From Octopus vulgaris (lineage: Eukaryota): a DNA stretch of 64,000 nucleotides. A model generated the notes under the pieces. That model made no database searches, was not told the origin of the DNA, and saw only the letters and a list, made by a program, of their open reading frames with translations. The stretch is taken from contig OX597838.1 in NCBI GenBank assembly GCA_951406725.2, positions 3,038,001 through 3,102,000 on the forward strand, read 5' to 3'. How positions within the stretch are numbered: the first letter of the stretch is position 1; each line of letters begins with the position of its first letter. Shown piece after piece: positions 42,717-57,229 of this stretch. A program made the translations under genes and the position numbers.

Positions 42717-43078
42717 ACACACACTCACACACACACAAACACACACATACACACACACACTCACACACACTGATGCATACATCTATTCACATATGCAGAT
42801 ATGAATATGTATACGGCAGTTCACATATATATATACATACACACACACGCGTGTGTGTGTGAGTTTATCTAAGTATGGGTACGTATGCATGCAAGTGTGT
42901 GTATCTGTGCGTGTGTGTATGTATATATATATGTGTGTGTGTTTGTGTGTGTGTGTGTGTGCATACATGTGTGTGTGTGCATACATGTGTGTGTATGCGC
43001 AAATATATATATATACTTACACACACATACATACATATATACTATTTATCTCATAAAAAGTATAACTAGACTTTCATA

Positions 43079-43131
<53 letters not shown>

Positions 43132-43402
43132 ATGCACACAAATATCCAGATATATTTACATATATAATTACGAGCTGAAAATTGTAAATGGGAACATTGT
43201 CAACACACACACACACACACACACACACATAAATGCATATATGTATATATACGTACATGCATATATACATATATACACTCGGCATATGTCCGTGCATAAA
43301 TTAACCTCTGGGTTAATGTTCACGCCCTATTTCCCATACACACACACATACACACAAATTTTTGTGGAGTGTGTATGTGTGTGTGCGTGTGAATGTGCGT
43401 GA

Positions 43403-43433
<31 letters not shown>

Positions 43434-43698
43434 CATATACTGTATTTATATGTGTGTTTATGTATATACATAGACACCATTAACGAGTGTATATGTGTGT
43501 ATGTATGTCAGTTTATCTGGCACGTATATTTTTCTATAAAGACAATGTAAATTACTGGACGTGTGGTGGTGGCGGTGGCGACGGTGGTGGTAGTGGTGGT
43601 GGTGGTGGTGGTGGTGGTGGTGGTGTCGGCGGCGGCGGCAACGGCGGTGGTTAGCGGTGTTAGTGTAGGGTAACACTTTTGGTCTTTGCCAAGAACCT

Positions 43699-43729
<31 letters not shown>

Positions 43730-43742
43730 CAGTAGTAGTAGT

Positions 43743-43806
<64 letters not shown>

Positions 43807-44203
43807 ACATTCATACTATTGAAGGAATGTGTTGTGTCCAGGACGTTCAATATCAACAGTGGAGTGATGTAGAGGAAGAGAGAGAGAGAGAGAGAGGTGG
43901 GGAGAGATTGGTCATTTACGAGATGAGGAAGATTGAATAAGGACGAGAGCCATATACACGCTCGAATATAAACATTCGCATTGGCTCGGATGCACACTGT
44001 GACAACATGGCTGCGGGGAATACCTCGAGGGAGCGTTCTGTAGATTAAAATGTACATGGCTTTTGTTTCTCTCAGATGTCTCCACACAGCTTAGAGTCTC
44101 TCACAGATATGGATTGATTGATAGAGAGAGGGAGAGAGAAAGCGTGAGAGGGAGAGAGGGCAGTAGGTAGATAGTTAGATAGATATACAGACAGACAGGT
44201 AGG

Positions 44204-44274
<71 letters not shown>

Positions 44275-44275
44275 T

Positions 44276-44346
<71 letters not shown>

Positions 44347-44432
44347 CCTCAAAGATGTATACACAAACGGTTGTGTCTCACAGATGTAACAGGATGTCAC
44401 AGCTATCCCTACACACAGGAGAGTCGCAGAGA

Positions 44433-44476
<44 letters not shown>

Positions 44477-44480
44477 CACA

Positions 44481-44526
<46 letters not shown>

Positions 44527-44609
44527 GGTGTCTTACAGATGGTTTTACGCACAATAGGATCTCACATAAGTGCATACACCCTGTAGGGTCTCACAATGAA
44601 CTGAAATTT

Positions 44610-45290
44610 GTCAGGGTCTGCCTAACGCAGTTCCTGCATCACTTCGATTACATTGTAAAGACTGTGGAAGCGGTTTACAATGCAGACGTCATAAATGGTG
44701 ACTTTCAACGAGGGATTTTGACGAGGTTGGTCACAGCATCTTGTTGAGGAGACGACCGGACATTGGAAGTCCGAAGAAAACCATTAACGTGAACTGAGTG
44801 TTTTCTGGTGAACAGAATTCGGCGTGTGGAGATCGATGATGTTCGATCAAGCTCAGCAAGAGTCATTAATGGAGTCCTACAAGACACACTCTTCTTCGTT
44901 GTGTACATCAATGACATCAGCAGCATTAGAATTTTCGCGGATGATTCTCAGCTTCTGAAAGTCGTCAACAGTGTAGGAAAGCAGACATCAACCCAATAGG
45001 ATCAGCTCACTGTTATCCGATAAGCAAAATGACATAAATGCAATATCCAACTAAACGGGAGTAAATTCGAATCAATCCACTCGGTTAAAGAGGCTGCAAT
45101 TAAGTTACCATACAGTCTTCTCTCAGGTGACACTCTCGTGCCATCAAACACCGCCACACACTTCAGAGTCGCCATCGATAACAACTTAGTCTGGAGTTGC
45201 CACATAAACAGCGAAGTGGACATATCCCTCGCAGGACGTGCTGCTTGGTTCTTGAAGCCTCTCTGGTTTAGAAATGCTTCTACCATTATC
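44610..45290 (+). pseudogene. Decayed CR1/Jockey-group LINE reverse transcriptase
   Basis: CLTQFLHHFDYI..ADVINGDF, then VINGVLQDTLFFVVYINDI..IFADDSQL (compare SGVPQG...YINDI...FADD). Confidence 0.85.
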
Positions 45291-45330
<40 letters not shown>

Positions 45331-46391
45331 AAATAAGCAACAAGATATCAAATAGTAATGTAGTACGACCGTTTCAAGCGACTACATTTAACTGAACAAT
45401 GCAGTCATTATATCAATTCAAATGCAGTGCCTTCCTCAGCCGTACAAATAAATAAATGGCATTTTAACAAGTAGGACACATTAATATAATTTTTCTTAAA
45501 TTTTGACAGAGCAAGAAGATGGAAGAAATTCATGTTGCTGCTATTGTAGCTAAGAATAGACTACAATTTCTAAGAACCGCATGGAGCATAATGAGGTCAT
45601 ATGGTTGTAAGGGTTGCAATTCATTTCTAATTCACTAATCTCTTTGTCAACTACTTATTCTAAAACTAAAAGACTGTCTAATTTGAATAAAGGACAAGAG
45701 TCAATTGACAGCTCATGACTAGGTATGGCCATAAATATTATCCTATGTATCCATTTCCCCAAGGAGGAAATAAGACGTTGGGAGTAGTCAGTTGTATATA
45801 AGCAACTGTCTATAAAAAGAGGCAGGCTAGGGGCAGACTTTAAATCATGATGTTAATTACCATTTAAAGGGGCAAGACACTGAGAAACCTAAAATTCTAC
45901 TATATATATATATATATACACATGTCGATATTGTAGTTGTTGCTAGTAGTGATGGTAACGGCGGTCATATTGTTGCTTTGTTTTTTGCGGGTTTTTTTTA
46001 CCAAAATCTTTAGAACATCGACCAAAACGTTTTGCGATAATTAGTTCCGGGTTCAAATCTGGCCAACGTCGGCTTTGGCTTTCATCTTTCAAAGGATGGA
46101 TAAAATTTAAATACCCACACAATTACTGCGTAACGAGTCTATCAACTAAGGCCCCTCCCCTCAAATTTTCTGGCCTCCTGCCTAAATTACAGCAGTAGTT
46201 ATTACTGTTGCTATTGTTGTTATTGTTGTTGGCATTGCGAATGCTATTTTGTTGTTGCTGTTTAACCATAGCTCTTGTTGTTGTGGTTGTTGATGATGAT
46301 AATGAGGAAGAGGAGAAGGAGGAGGATATTGTTGTTGCTGTCTTTGTTGCTGGTGTTATTATTTTCATTGTTTTTGTTATTGTAGAAGTCG

Positions 46392-46423
<32 letters not shown>

Positions 46424-47074
46424 CTTCTTCTTCTTCTTCTTCTTCTTCTTCTTCTTCTTCTTCTTCTTCTTCTTCTTCTTCTTCTTCTTCTGCTAGATAA
46501 TGACGACGACGACGACGATGATGATGATGATGATGTTGTCTTGAAGGTGTCATTAATACAATGACAGAAGAAGAAAAAACAAACCAGAACTCATAGAAGC
46601 CAACCCTCACCCAATAGCTTTAAGTAAATGTGGTGTGATCAATAACATGAGTTCAATCTCAGCCGGCGGCCATCAATTTAATCTTTTAAACGATTGTCCG
46701 GCTTTTCTTTTCGCTTTTCTTCGCCTTTTGTTTTTCTTTAAATTTCTGTTTGTTTTTGTTGCTTATTTATCTAATTTCTGTTTGTGTTTGTGTGTGTGTG
46801 TGTGTATGCGTGTGCGTGTGTGTGTGTGTGTGTAAATGTATGTTGGTGTTTATGAAAGTGTGTTTGCGTGCGTATGTCTGTGTCTATGAGGGGGTGTGCT
46901 TTTGTGTTTGTGTGTTTGTGTGTTTGTGTGCGTGTATGTGTGCGCGCGCGTTTATGAGCCTATGTGTGTGTGTGTGTGTATGTGTTTATTTCGTTTATTT
47001 TCAATGTTAATGGTATTACCTGTAGCTCGCCATCTCCGCCACCACCACCAACTCCAACACCAGCAAGATCGCTG

Positions 47075-47737
47075 TTACACCACAACCATCATCATCATTG
47101 CTCCCACCACCATCACCAATACCACTAACACTACCACCACTAGCAACACCATCACTCCCCTCACCATAACTACTACCACTACAACCCCTACCACCACCAC
47201 TACCATCAACACCACCACCATCCCCACCACCTCTATCACCACCACCACCACCACCACCACTACCATCACCACCATCACAACTACCACCACAGCCATCTCC
47301 CCACCACCACCACCAATACCATCACCACCACTGCCATCTCTATCACCACCACCACCACCATCGCCACCACAACCACTACTATCGCCACCACCACCACTAC
47401 CACCATCACCACCACCACCATAACCACTATCACCAGCACTACCATCACCACCACGACGACCATCACCATTACCACCACTACCACAATCACCACCATCACC
47501 ATCACCACCACCACCACCACCACAATCACCACCATCACCGCCACCACCACCACCACTACCATCACTACCACCACCACCACCACCATCACCACCATCACCA
47601 CCACCACCATCACCACAATCACCACCATCACCGCCACCACCACCACCACCACCATCACTACCACCACCACCACCACCATCACCACCATCACCACCACCAC
47701 CATCACCACCATCACCATCACCACTACCACCACCACC
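47075..47737. repeat. Compound (CAC/CAT/TAC)n trinucleotide array with a higher-order duplication of about 90 bp
   Basis: ACAATCACCACCATCACCGCCACC... block occurs near 47522 and again near 47615. Confidence 0.9.
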
Positions 47738-47920
47738 AGTACTATTACCCTCTAACCACTATTTCTAACGTGTTACATCGAATTATAATTATGGATATCT
47801 CGTACTAGGCTTCCCCCCCTTTCACAATTAATTGTTATTAACAGCGACGCCATCATTATTATTACTGTTGTTGTTGTTAATATTATCATTGTTGCTGCTG
47901 CTGTTGGTATTAATATTATC

Positions 47921-47998
<78 letters not shown>

Positions 47999-48060
47999 GT
48001 TGCTTCTGCTGTTGTTGTTATGGAGATGATCATAATCATCATCATCAGCAGCATCATCAA

Positions 48061-48146
<86 letters not shown>

Positions 48147-48568
48147 GTCATTTCGTCTCTGGGCAAAAATATTTAAACTTTAATTTATCGTCATTGTTGT
48201 GAAAGTTTTCCCCGGACAAATTAGGAAACTACACACTATGTGCGTACGCGTGTGCATGTGTGTGTGTGTCTGTGTGTGTGTGAGTGTGTGAGTGTGTGTA
48301 TCTATAAGTATGTCTAGATGTGTGTGTGTGCATGTAAGTGTAAGTGCGTGTGTCTATTTGTGTTTTTGTGTATGTATTATGCTGATGCATATACATATAT
48401 ACATTCACACACTCATACACACACACACATATTTATATTTGATCAGATAAAAAAAATGAAGTGAGAGAATAGATGTTTATTCCATTAATTGACATTTGTT
48501 TCATAATCTCTGTTAGTTACATAAGCGATACTCCATCATCTGTCACACATGTATAATGCATATACGTA

Positions 48569-48621
<53 letters not shown>

Positions 48622-48779
48622 GTTGACGTTGTAAGAGATAATGGTGTCATTGAGACCCAAAGGTGTCAGGTAATGCTGATTAAATGCTATAGACAGACCA
48701 TAGTTAAGTTCCAGATTCGGTAATTTTGCGAATAAAGGGTTCAACGTTGGTTCTATGTCAGCGTGTGTATATAAGAATG

Positions 48780-49000
48780 TTTTGCTTAATAAGATTTAAA
48801 AAAACCCAGGCTGTGTAGATATTAGAGCATTTATAGACAGAAGGTCCTACAGCTGTTTCTAGGATATTTATTAATTATATCCCTACTGTCTCCGATGAAG
48901 GGATATAATTAATAAATATCCTGGAAACAGCTGTAAGACCTTCTATCTATAAATGCTCTAATATCTACACAGCCTTAGTTTTTTTATCTTATTACGCAAA

Positions 49001-49001
<1 letters not shown>
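48780..49001. mobile_element. Foldback insert with about 100-bp inverted arms and a hammerhead across spacer and right arm
   Basis: Left arm 48780-48884 and right arm 48899-49001 are reverse complements with a few mismatches. Spacer ACTGTCTCCGATGA. Confidence 0.9.
48888..48939 (+). ncRNA. Type I hammerhead motif (U4C variant, GUA site)
   Basis: GTCT-CCGATGA-AGGGATAT-AATTAATAA-ATATCCTG-GAAA-CAGCTG-TA^AGAC: stem I GTCT/AGAC, stem II GGATAT/ATATCC, palindromic ACAGCTGT. Confidence 0.8.
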
Positions 49002-49070
<69 letters not shown>

Positions 49071-49077
<7 letters not shown>

Positions 49078-49150
49078 CGAAAAAAACTCAAGACGAAGAC
49101 AGGTGGTGCACAAAACAAACAAGGAGAGAAAAAAATGTGTGTAGTGGCTA
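49071..49150 (-). mobile_element. Internally deleted copy of the 57.2 kb insert (ribozyme removed)
   Basis: Minus strand TAGCCACTACACACATTTTTTTCTCTCCTTGTTT joined to GTTTTGTGCACCACCTGTCTTCGTCTT, matching both ends of 57250-57415. Confidence 0.85.
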
Positions 49151-49645
49151 TATATATATATATATACATATATGCATGTATGTATGTATTTATGTATGTA
49201 TGTATGTATGTATGTATGTATGTATGTATGTATGTATGTATGTATGTATGCATGTATGTATGTATGTATGTATGTATGTAGTGTGTCTGTATGTATGCAT
49301 GTATGTATGTATGTATGTACCCATGAATATAATTGTGCTCTAACATAACAAACAAACTACACTTCTAGTAAATAGCAAATAGATGCGTTCGGCAAATTTC
49401 AGTCTTTGCAAATACTAGAATTGCCATCTATAGAATGCATCAAGGAAACGAGGGCAGTAAATAGTTACGAAATCATACGAAATCGGGAGAAGCATACAGT
49501 AAACTAAAGCAATCAAAAAATAGAAGACGAAATACGAAAAAATAAGTTTACCATAAAGACTTGCTTTCTGAACCTTTTTTTCACCTATAGATCCCTTTGA
49601 TTCCTGTTTTATTCGGATGGACCCTCACAACCATTTGAGGTTTAA

Positions 49646-49867
49646 CCCTTTCGTTGCTAACCCGACTGAAACCGGCTCTGGCTCTGATTAAAAATTGTCT
49701 TGTTTTCATAAGTTTTTAATTAAAATCTTGCACCAAACCTTAGTCACAATTTATGTCCCTAACACTAACTGAATGATAACTAAGTTATTTTACTAAATTC
49801 TTTGTTATATTTAAAATTAATTGAAAGAAACACAGAGCATCTCAAAATAAATACAGTAACGAAAGGG
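49646..49867. mobile_element. piggyBac-like MITE (222 bp)
   Basis: TTAA then CCCTTTCGTTGCT at the left, AGTAACGAAAGGG then TTTTAA at the right: 13-bp TIR with one mismatch and a TTAA-type target. Confidence 0.8.
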
Positions 49868-50939
49868 TTTTAAAAAACCTTATATTTATATCGCTTAATA
49901 TTATTAGGAATTGTTACGTCTCCGATTTCAAATCCCAACAAGGTTGTTAGTTATAACTCTCAACCTTCCAGGGATTAATGAAATAAAGTACCAGCGAAAT
50001 ACATGAGGGGGCTGGAGGGGAATTCATTCAAGAACATCTGTACTCAGTCTACCATTGAGAGCTTGTCAGACTGAGGTAATATAGAATAAAGTGTTCTGCC
50101 CAGAAATACAGCGAAGTACTAGTAACAGATTAGAACCCTTGCCTTTCGAGTTGAGATTCAGATTCTTTAACCACTCGACCATCTCATCTTTATAGATGGG
50201 ATTTAGCTAGGGTTACTTCCCTTTCAATTCTTCAATTGACAAAGGATCTACTACTCCTTCTGCTGCTACGACTACTACTAATATTACCGCCTCCACAAGC
50301 CTCCACTACAGCTGCTGCTGCTGCTACTACTACCACTACTACTACCACTACCACTACTACAACTACCACTGCTACTACTACTGCTACTGTTGCTGCTACT
50401 ACTACTACGACTACTACGACTTCTTCTACTACTACTACTACTACTACTACTGCTGCTGCTGCTATTACTATTACTACTACCACACACCTCCATTACTGCT
50501 ATTATTATTTCTACCACTGCTGCTGCTGCCACTACTACTGCTTTGCTACCATTACATTACTACCACTATCACCACCACCCCCGCCACTACAATCACACCT
50601 CCCCACCTCCACCACCACTGCTACTGCTACTACTACTATCACTACTACCACAACTACTACTGCAACTTAAAAGCTCACCACCCTTTTCACGCTCTCGCCA
50701 TCCTTCTCGTCTCCATATCTCGCCACCTCCTCTTCCACCTCATCTTACTTCCTCTCCACTTTATTCCACCAGTGACAGCTTCCGGTTGGTGTTTAAACAT
50801 CTCACACTGTTTCCGGTACAAATGTAAAACATCAAACTCCATCAAATGGCGGCTTTGATTGGGTTTCTTTAAAGAAACTGGCAGCAGACTTGCAGGGTCT
50901 GGAAACAACCACAGCACCGCCACCGCCGCAATCGTCGTC

Positions 50940-50974
<35 letters not shown>

Positions 50975-51563
50975 CATCATCATCATCATCAGCAGCAGCA
51001 GCAGCAGCATCGTTGTCATCGTCGTCGTCGTCGTGGTAGTCGTCGTCGTGGTAGTCGTCGTCGTGGTAGTCGTCATGGTCATCATCATCGTCGTCATCAC
51101 CATCACCATCATCATCATAGTCATAAGCCCCCTCCTTACCACCCTCGTTATTACCGTCATCCTCATCAGTATCATCATCGTTATCACCGCCTCATCATCA
51201 TTATGTATCTCACCATCATCAGCACCATCATCATTGTCTATAACACCTCCACCACCATCGTTCTTATCGATGATGACGATGATGATGATGATGATGATGA
51301 CGACGACGACGACGACGACGACGAGGATGATGATGATGATGATGATGATGATACTATCGCTGTTGCTATCGTTGTCGCCGTTATTGTTGTTGTTGTTGTT
51401 GTTCGTGTTACTCTGTTCTCATTCCTTTAATTCCTTCATATTTCCAGCCCAAAAGCCGCGGCCATGCTGGGGCGCCGACATTCGTTATCGGTTTTTATAT
51501 AATTGTTACTGTTACTATCATAACTATTGCTATAGCTATCGTTATTGTCGATATCTTTGTTGT

Positions 51564-51633
<70 letters not shown>

Positions 51634-51972
51634 CCCGTCCTCTTTACTCATTTGCATTTTATTTTATTTTTTAGTTCAGAGTTTTTGTACTTTTTTTATA
51701 TGTCGTATTTTTTTCTGTTTTGTGTTTTTTTTCGAAAATCTTCGTTGTCCTTTTTATTGTTGCTGTTGATGCTGTTCTCATCGTTGTTACTGTTGCTGCT
51801 GCTACTGCTGCTACTGCTGCTGCTACTGCTCCGCTTAGTGAGCAATGTGATGTAATTCGGTTAAAATGAGCGGAAGTGAGATCCTCCTGGTTTTATTTTG
51901 TTTTATTTGATAATTTTTTTTTCTCAACGTGATCAGTTTTACATTTCTCTAGCGAATCAACCACGCGGCAGA

Positions 51973-52078
51973 ACATCCACCCGGCACGTCCACCCGGCAC
52001 GGCCTCCAGGCACAGCCAACCGGCACATCCACCTGGCAAATCCACCCGTCACAGACACATCCACCCGACACGTCCACC
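51973..52078. repeat. GC-rich 13-bp minisatellite (ACATCCACCCGGC), about 8 units
   Basis: Read directly; units are diverged. Confidence 0.85.
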
Positions 52079-52399
52079 AATAAAACAGAATAGCAACCGG
52101 GGAGGGGGGTGAGCTTCTGAATTGCCCCCACAACCTGGGCCCAGTGAAGCACATCAATACAGTCTTTAACATCCACACACACATTCGCATACACACACAT
52201 ACATACACACACACACGTACACATTCATACACATACAAGTACACATGCACATGCATACACACATGTACAACACACATACATACACTCATACGCATCATAC
52301 ATACACACACACATGCACATGCTCAAACACATATGCACACAGTCACACACACACATGCAAACGCGCTCACATACACACACACATACACACTTACACACA

Positions 52400-52437
<38 letters not shown>

Positions 52438-52825
52438 CGTTGCCGTAAATTAAGTCTTAAAATCGTTTGGTACGCAGCAGCAGCAGCAGCAGGAGGGGGG
52501 AAGGAGGAGGAGGAAGAGGAGGGGGAGGAAGAAGACGAAATGCCGACGGCCTTCGACGAGAAAAGAAAGTTGGGCATGATGGTAAAGAAGCGAGATCTCA
52601 ACCGGAAATACGATGCCAAGGCGGTCCCACAACCGTTCATAGCAGCACCTGCACGCTTGCGCACGGCCACCCGTGTCTCTGAGTTGCGAAGGTGTGGAGA
52701 GAGAGTACGAACTCAACAACTCGCAAAAGCTATCTAATAGAAGGTAATGCATAAAGATCCATTCATGGGCCGTGCGCTTGCGCCCTGGTTTATCTGCATC
52801 GTCAGACAGATGGTGGTGGCGACAG

Positions 52826-53052
52826 CTAAGGCGGCGACCTGGCAGAAACGTTGGCAGAAATGCTTAGCGGTAGTTCATGTGTCCTTATGTTCCGAGTTCA
52901 AATTCCGCCGAGGTCGACTTTGCCTTTCATCCTTTCGGGGTCGATTAAATAAGTACCAGTTACGCACTGGGGTCGATATAATCGACATAATCCGTTTGTC
53001 TGTCCTTGTTTGTCCTTCCTGTGTTTAGCCCCTTGTGGGCAGTAAAGAAATA
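52826..53052 (+). mobile_element. SINE family A with 18-bp TSD
   Basis: TSD AGATGGTGGTGGC(G/A)ACAG at 52808-52825 and 53053-53070. Confidence 0.92.
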
Positions 53053-54131
53053 AGATGGTGGTGGCAACAGTGGTAGTGGTGATGGTAGCAGGGATGGCGG
53101 CGACAGCTTTAGCTGTGGTGATAGTGTTGAAGGTGATGGCAGCGACAACAGTGGCCTCAGCGGCGGTAATGTCGGTGGTGGTGGTCGTAGCTGTGTTGTC
53201 GTGACCGTTGGTATTGGTGTTGGCTGGTTTGTTGCGGGGGTAGGGGAGTAGTGCTTAGTTATAGCAGTGACTATCTTGCTGTTGTTGTTCGCCGTGGTGG
53301 TCATGGTGATTGTGATAGTGTTGGTAGTGATGCTGTTTAAAGGTGTCGTAATTGGTTTTTGCTGGTGCTGTTGATAGTGGTAATGATGATGATGATGATG
53401 ATGATGATGACTGCAGTGGTTGATAGATGGTGTTAATAGTGGTGATTGTTGTGGTCGCTGTTGCTGTGTATTTCCGGGTTCAACCCTATTAGATGTGTTT
53501 TATAGGACGCAGGCACCATGGCCCAAGACCATGGTGCGGCCCACGGAACAACCCCCTCAGTTACACCACCACCACCACCACAATCATCACCACAAACACC
53601 TCTACTATTCCCACCAACCATCATCACATCGGACAACTACCACCACCACCACCACCACCAATGCCCTAATTCACAAGTACCATTGCTGCTACCATGATGA
53701 CCTCAACCACCTCTACTGCCACTATCACCATCATACTACCAACAGCAACAACAACAATAATCACCTAACGCCAACCACTACCACTACCACCACCACCACC
53801 ACTTGCTGGCTCGTAAACAAACTGTCAGGACGCCAATCCCAACGTAATATAACACACACACACACACACGCATACACAGATACACACACACACACGCATA
53901 CACAGATACACACACACACACGCATACACAGATACACACACACACACATGTACACGTTCATGCACACACACACACACACGCGCGCGCGCACACACATTAG
54001 CATCATCACAACACATCGACACATCAACACAGAAAATAAAATAAAAAAACCTCTTTCATAAACTCTTGGAAGCCCCAACGGAATAAATTCCACAAGAAAG
54101 AGAGGCAAGGTTTCCAGAATTCAACAGTATA

Positions 54132-54184
<53 letters not shown>

Positions 54185-54954
54185 CAATCACCACCAACAT
54201 GGTGTTGCTGAGAAGAAAAGAAACGTAGATACTTCTGTACAACACCACCGCAACCGCTCACACGTACGTTCGACACCAGCAGACCCATCAACATGGACAC
54301 CACTCTTGCACATCGCTGCAATCACCACCAAAGGCACTGTTCTGCATAATTTAACAAAAGCATTTTCAATGTGTCTAAAAAAGCGTATCCCATGCGGCAA
54401 CACGAAAACTACAAACCCAGTTTCACCTCAGAAATAATTAACCTGATAAAAAAAACTAGACACAACTTCATACAAAATACACAGAAACCACACACAACAG
54501 AAATAAAATTCTGAAACTCAATATCAAAACTACGTTTTCTTTTTTCCTTTTTTCCTCCTCAAAGCCTAGCAGTTCGGCTAAGAGAAACCGATGAAGTACT
54601 TTAAATCGCTTTAAATCGCTAGAATCGACCTTACCCACAAAGTCCTTCAAGATGGCACTCTTGCATGGCTCTAGGTGTTTTCTGTTGAACTATATTACTA
54701 ATCCGAAGACTATGGTGTGTAGGATTAAAGTTTTGGGATTTTAAACCGAAACTGCAAAACTGCGCTGATTTTGGTTCCCATGGCTGATGAGAGGTTAATT
54801 GCACTTTTGCATTGTTTCCATGTCTCACTTTGATTTTTAATTTTGTCTCACTTTGATTTTTAATAGAAAGAGAAAATCAACAAAAATAAGAAATAAACAA
54901 AAGACAAACAGAAACTGTCAACCATTTGTATCTATGATAACAAAACTAACAGTA

Positions 54955-55044
54955 AAACACTCACAATGCTCGGACCGGGACTCGAAACCGCGTTCTTACG
55001 ATCGCGAGTCCGCTGCCCTAACCGCTGGGCCATTGCGCCTCCAC
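54955..55044 (-). mobile_element. SINE family C head
   Basis: Matches 33860-33947. Confidence 0.8.
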
Positions 55045-55743
55045 TGTTGCTGCTGTTGCTGCTATCTTCGCTGTTATTATTGTCATCCTTGTTGTTGCTA
55101 GTGTTAATGTTATCATAGTTGAGGTTGTTGTTGTTGTTGTGATTGTTGTAATCTTTGTTAATGTTGTTACTGTTGTCCTGTTGTTCAGCTCAGGGAGTAT
55201 TCCTGATAAAAAAATGCGTTCCAAACGCGACCATCTCGTCATTTTCCTTTCTTCTTTCTTTTCAGGTACACTGTAACCAAAAACCACATTACCCGATATG
55301 TGCCTTCGTTCCAAAGAACATCGGGCGTGGTTTGAAAGGCCTTTCGGTGCTATTTCTAACAAATCCAGCAACAAACCCTAACCCTAACCCTAATAAAACA
55401 TAGATACTTCCTAGATTTCTCTAAAGCAATTTATCAAATCATTCAAGATACTCCAAAAATTGCAAAAAGTTTCCTCAAAATTAAACTCGTTTCTTGTTCT
55501 TTCTTCGCTATCCCCTGAACACGTTTCAAACTTCATTTTAGCCATTAAGAATCCGTGTGTTAGCAGAAACAAATATCTTTCTAGGGTTACGAACGTAAAT
55601 CATGATGCGGAGATTCTGTATGAGATGAGGAAAACACTTTGAAAGATTAAGTGATATTAGCATCGGAATTCAACAGAGAATCTCATTTATTTGGCACGAT
55701 GGAGAACTTTGCTTAATCAATGCTATTCACATTGTATATCCAC

Positions 55744-55786
<43 letters not shown>

Positions 55787-55980
55787 CACGCGCAAACGTG
55801 CTTACATCCATACTTATATACATTGTCATATGAATGTATGTATATATATATATACGTATACACACATATATATATATGTGCATGAATATGTATGTGTATG
55901 TTTATACAAGTGTGGTGGGCATATATGTACATGTAAATATATATGTGTGTGTGTGTGTGCCTGTATGTATATATGTATGC

Positions 55981-56015
<35 letters not shown>

Positions 56016-56152
56016 AAAGCGTAAATGTGTGTGTGTGTATACTTATATATGCACACACACACACATATACATGAATATATATATGAATATATATCATGCA
56101 CATCTGTGCAAGTATACGTGTGTGTCCACTTTTGTCTATACACTCCCTCTCT

Positions 56153-56226
<74 letters not shown>

Positions 56227-57229
56227 TACACACATGCAAATAACACTACTTCATTTTCAGCGCAACATGGACATTTGGACGAGGTCAGACAGTTTCTATG
56301 TTGCTGCTGCTGCTGCTGCTGCTGTTCCTGCTACTGGTGCTGCTGCTGCTACTACAGCTGTTGCTGTTGCTGCTATTGTTATTGTTGTTGTTGACATGGT
56401 CGTCCTTTTGTTGTGGTCATTATTTATCGCAGCTCAGCCCTGACCCAATATTATCAGAAGTAGCGCAACCGCGACCAAGGCCTGATATTTTCAGTATGCA
56501 TGAGGGAACCCTACTCCACATCTTCTCTGTCCTATTTGACACGAAACGGCGTGACTGGCCGGAAATAATTCGGCTGCTATTTCTTGCAAGTCGAGCAACC
56601 ATATACATGCTGCCGCGTTGTCGTCGTTCTTGTTGTTGTTAACGCTGATCCTACTGTTATTACTGTTGTTGTTGTTGCTGATGATGATAGTGATGATGAT
56701 GATGATGCCGCTGCCGCTGCTGCTGCTGCTGTTATCGTTTTATTAAAGACTTTTAAACTAACTCAATGATTTATTGGTATCGATCTAACAATTCGAGCCA
56801 GCTGTCACGTGATTGGCTATTGGACCATCTGTTCTTCGATAGGTTATTGGTGATCGAAAGGGAGAAAAACAGAAAACGTGTAACAACGCCTGTGTGTGTA
56901 TGTGTGTGTGTGTACATGTGTGCGTGTGTGTGTGTGCATGTGGAAGTGTGTGTGTGTGTGTGTGTGATATAAGAATATATTAAGTTGCACGAGGATATAT
57001 GTCTCCGTAAGCGGAGATGTGTGTGTATGTGTGTGTGTGAATATGCGTGGGTGAATATATGTGTGTATATATATATGACTATAAGTGCTGGAAGTAATGT
57101 GAACACAAGCATACACGCAAATACATACATGTGTGTGTGTGTGTGTGTGTGTTTGTGTGTTTGTGAGCGTATATGCACACATAACTACGCATGCGCATGC
57201 ATAAATTATATATATATATATCAATATAT

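Noticed and set aside
51973-52078. CRISPR-like repeats (also 60740-61095)
   Set aside because: Units are contiguous and diverged, with no unique spacers and no cas genes, in eukaryotic context.
55374-55393. (CCCTAA)3 telomere-like repeat
   Set aside because: Only three units, expected by chance in such microsatellite-rich DNA.
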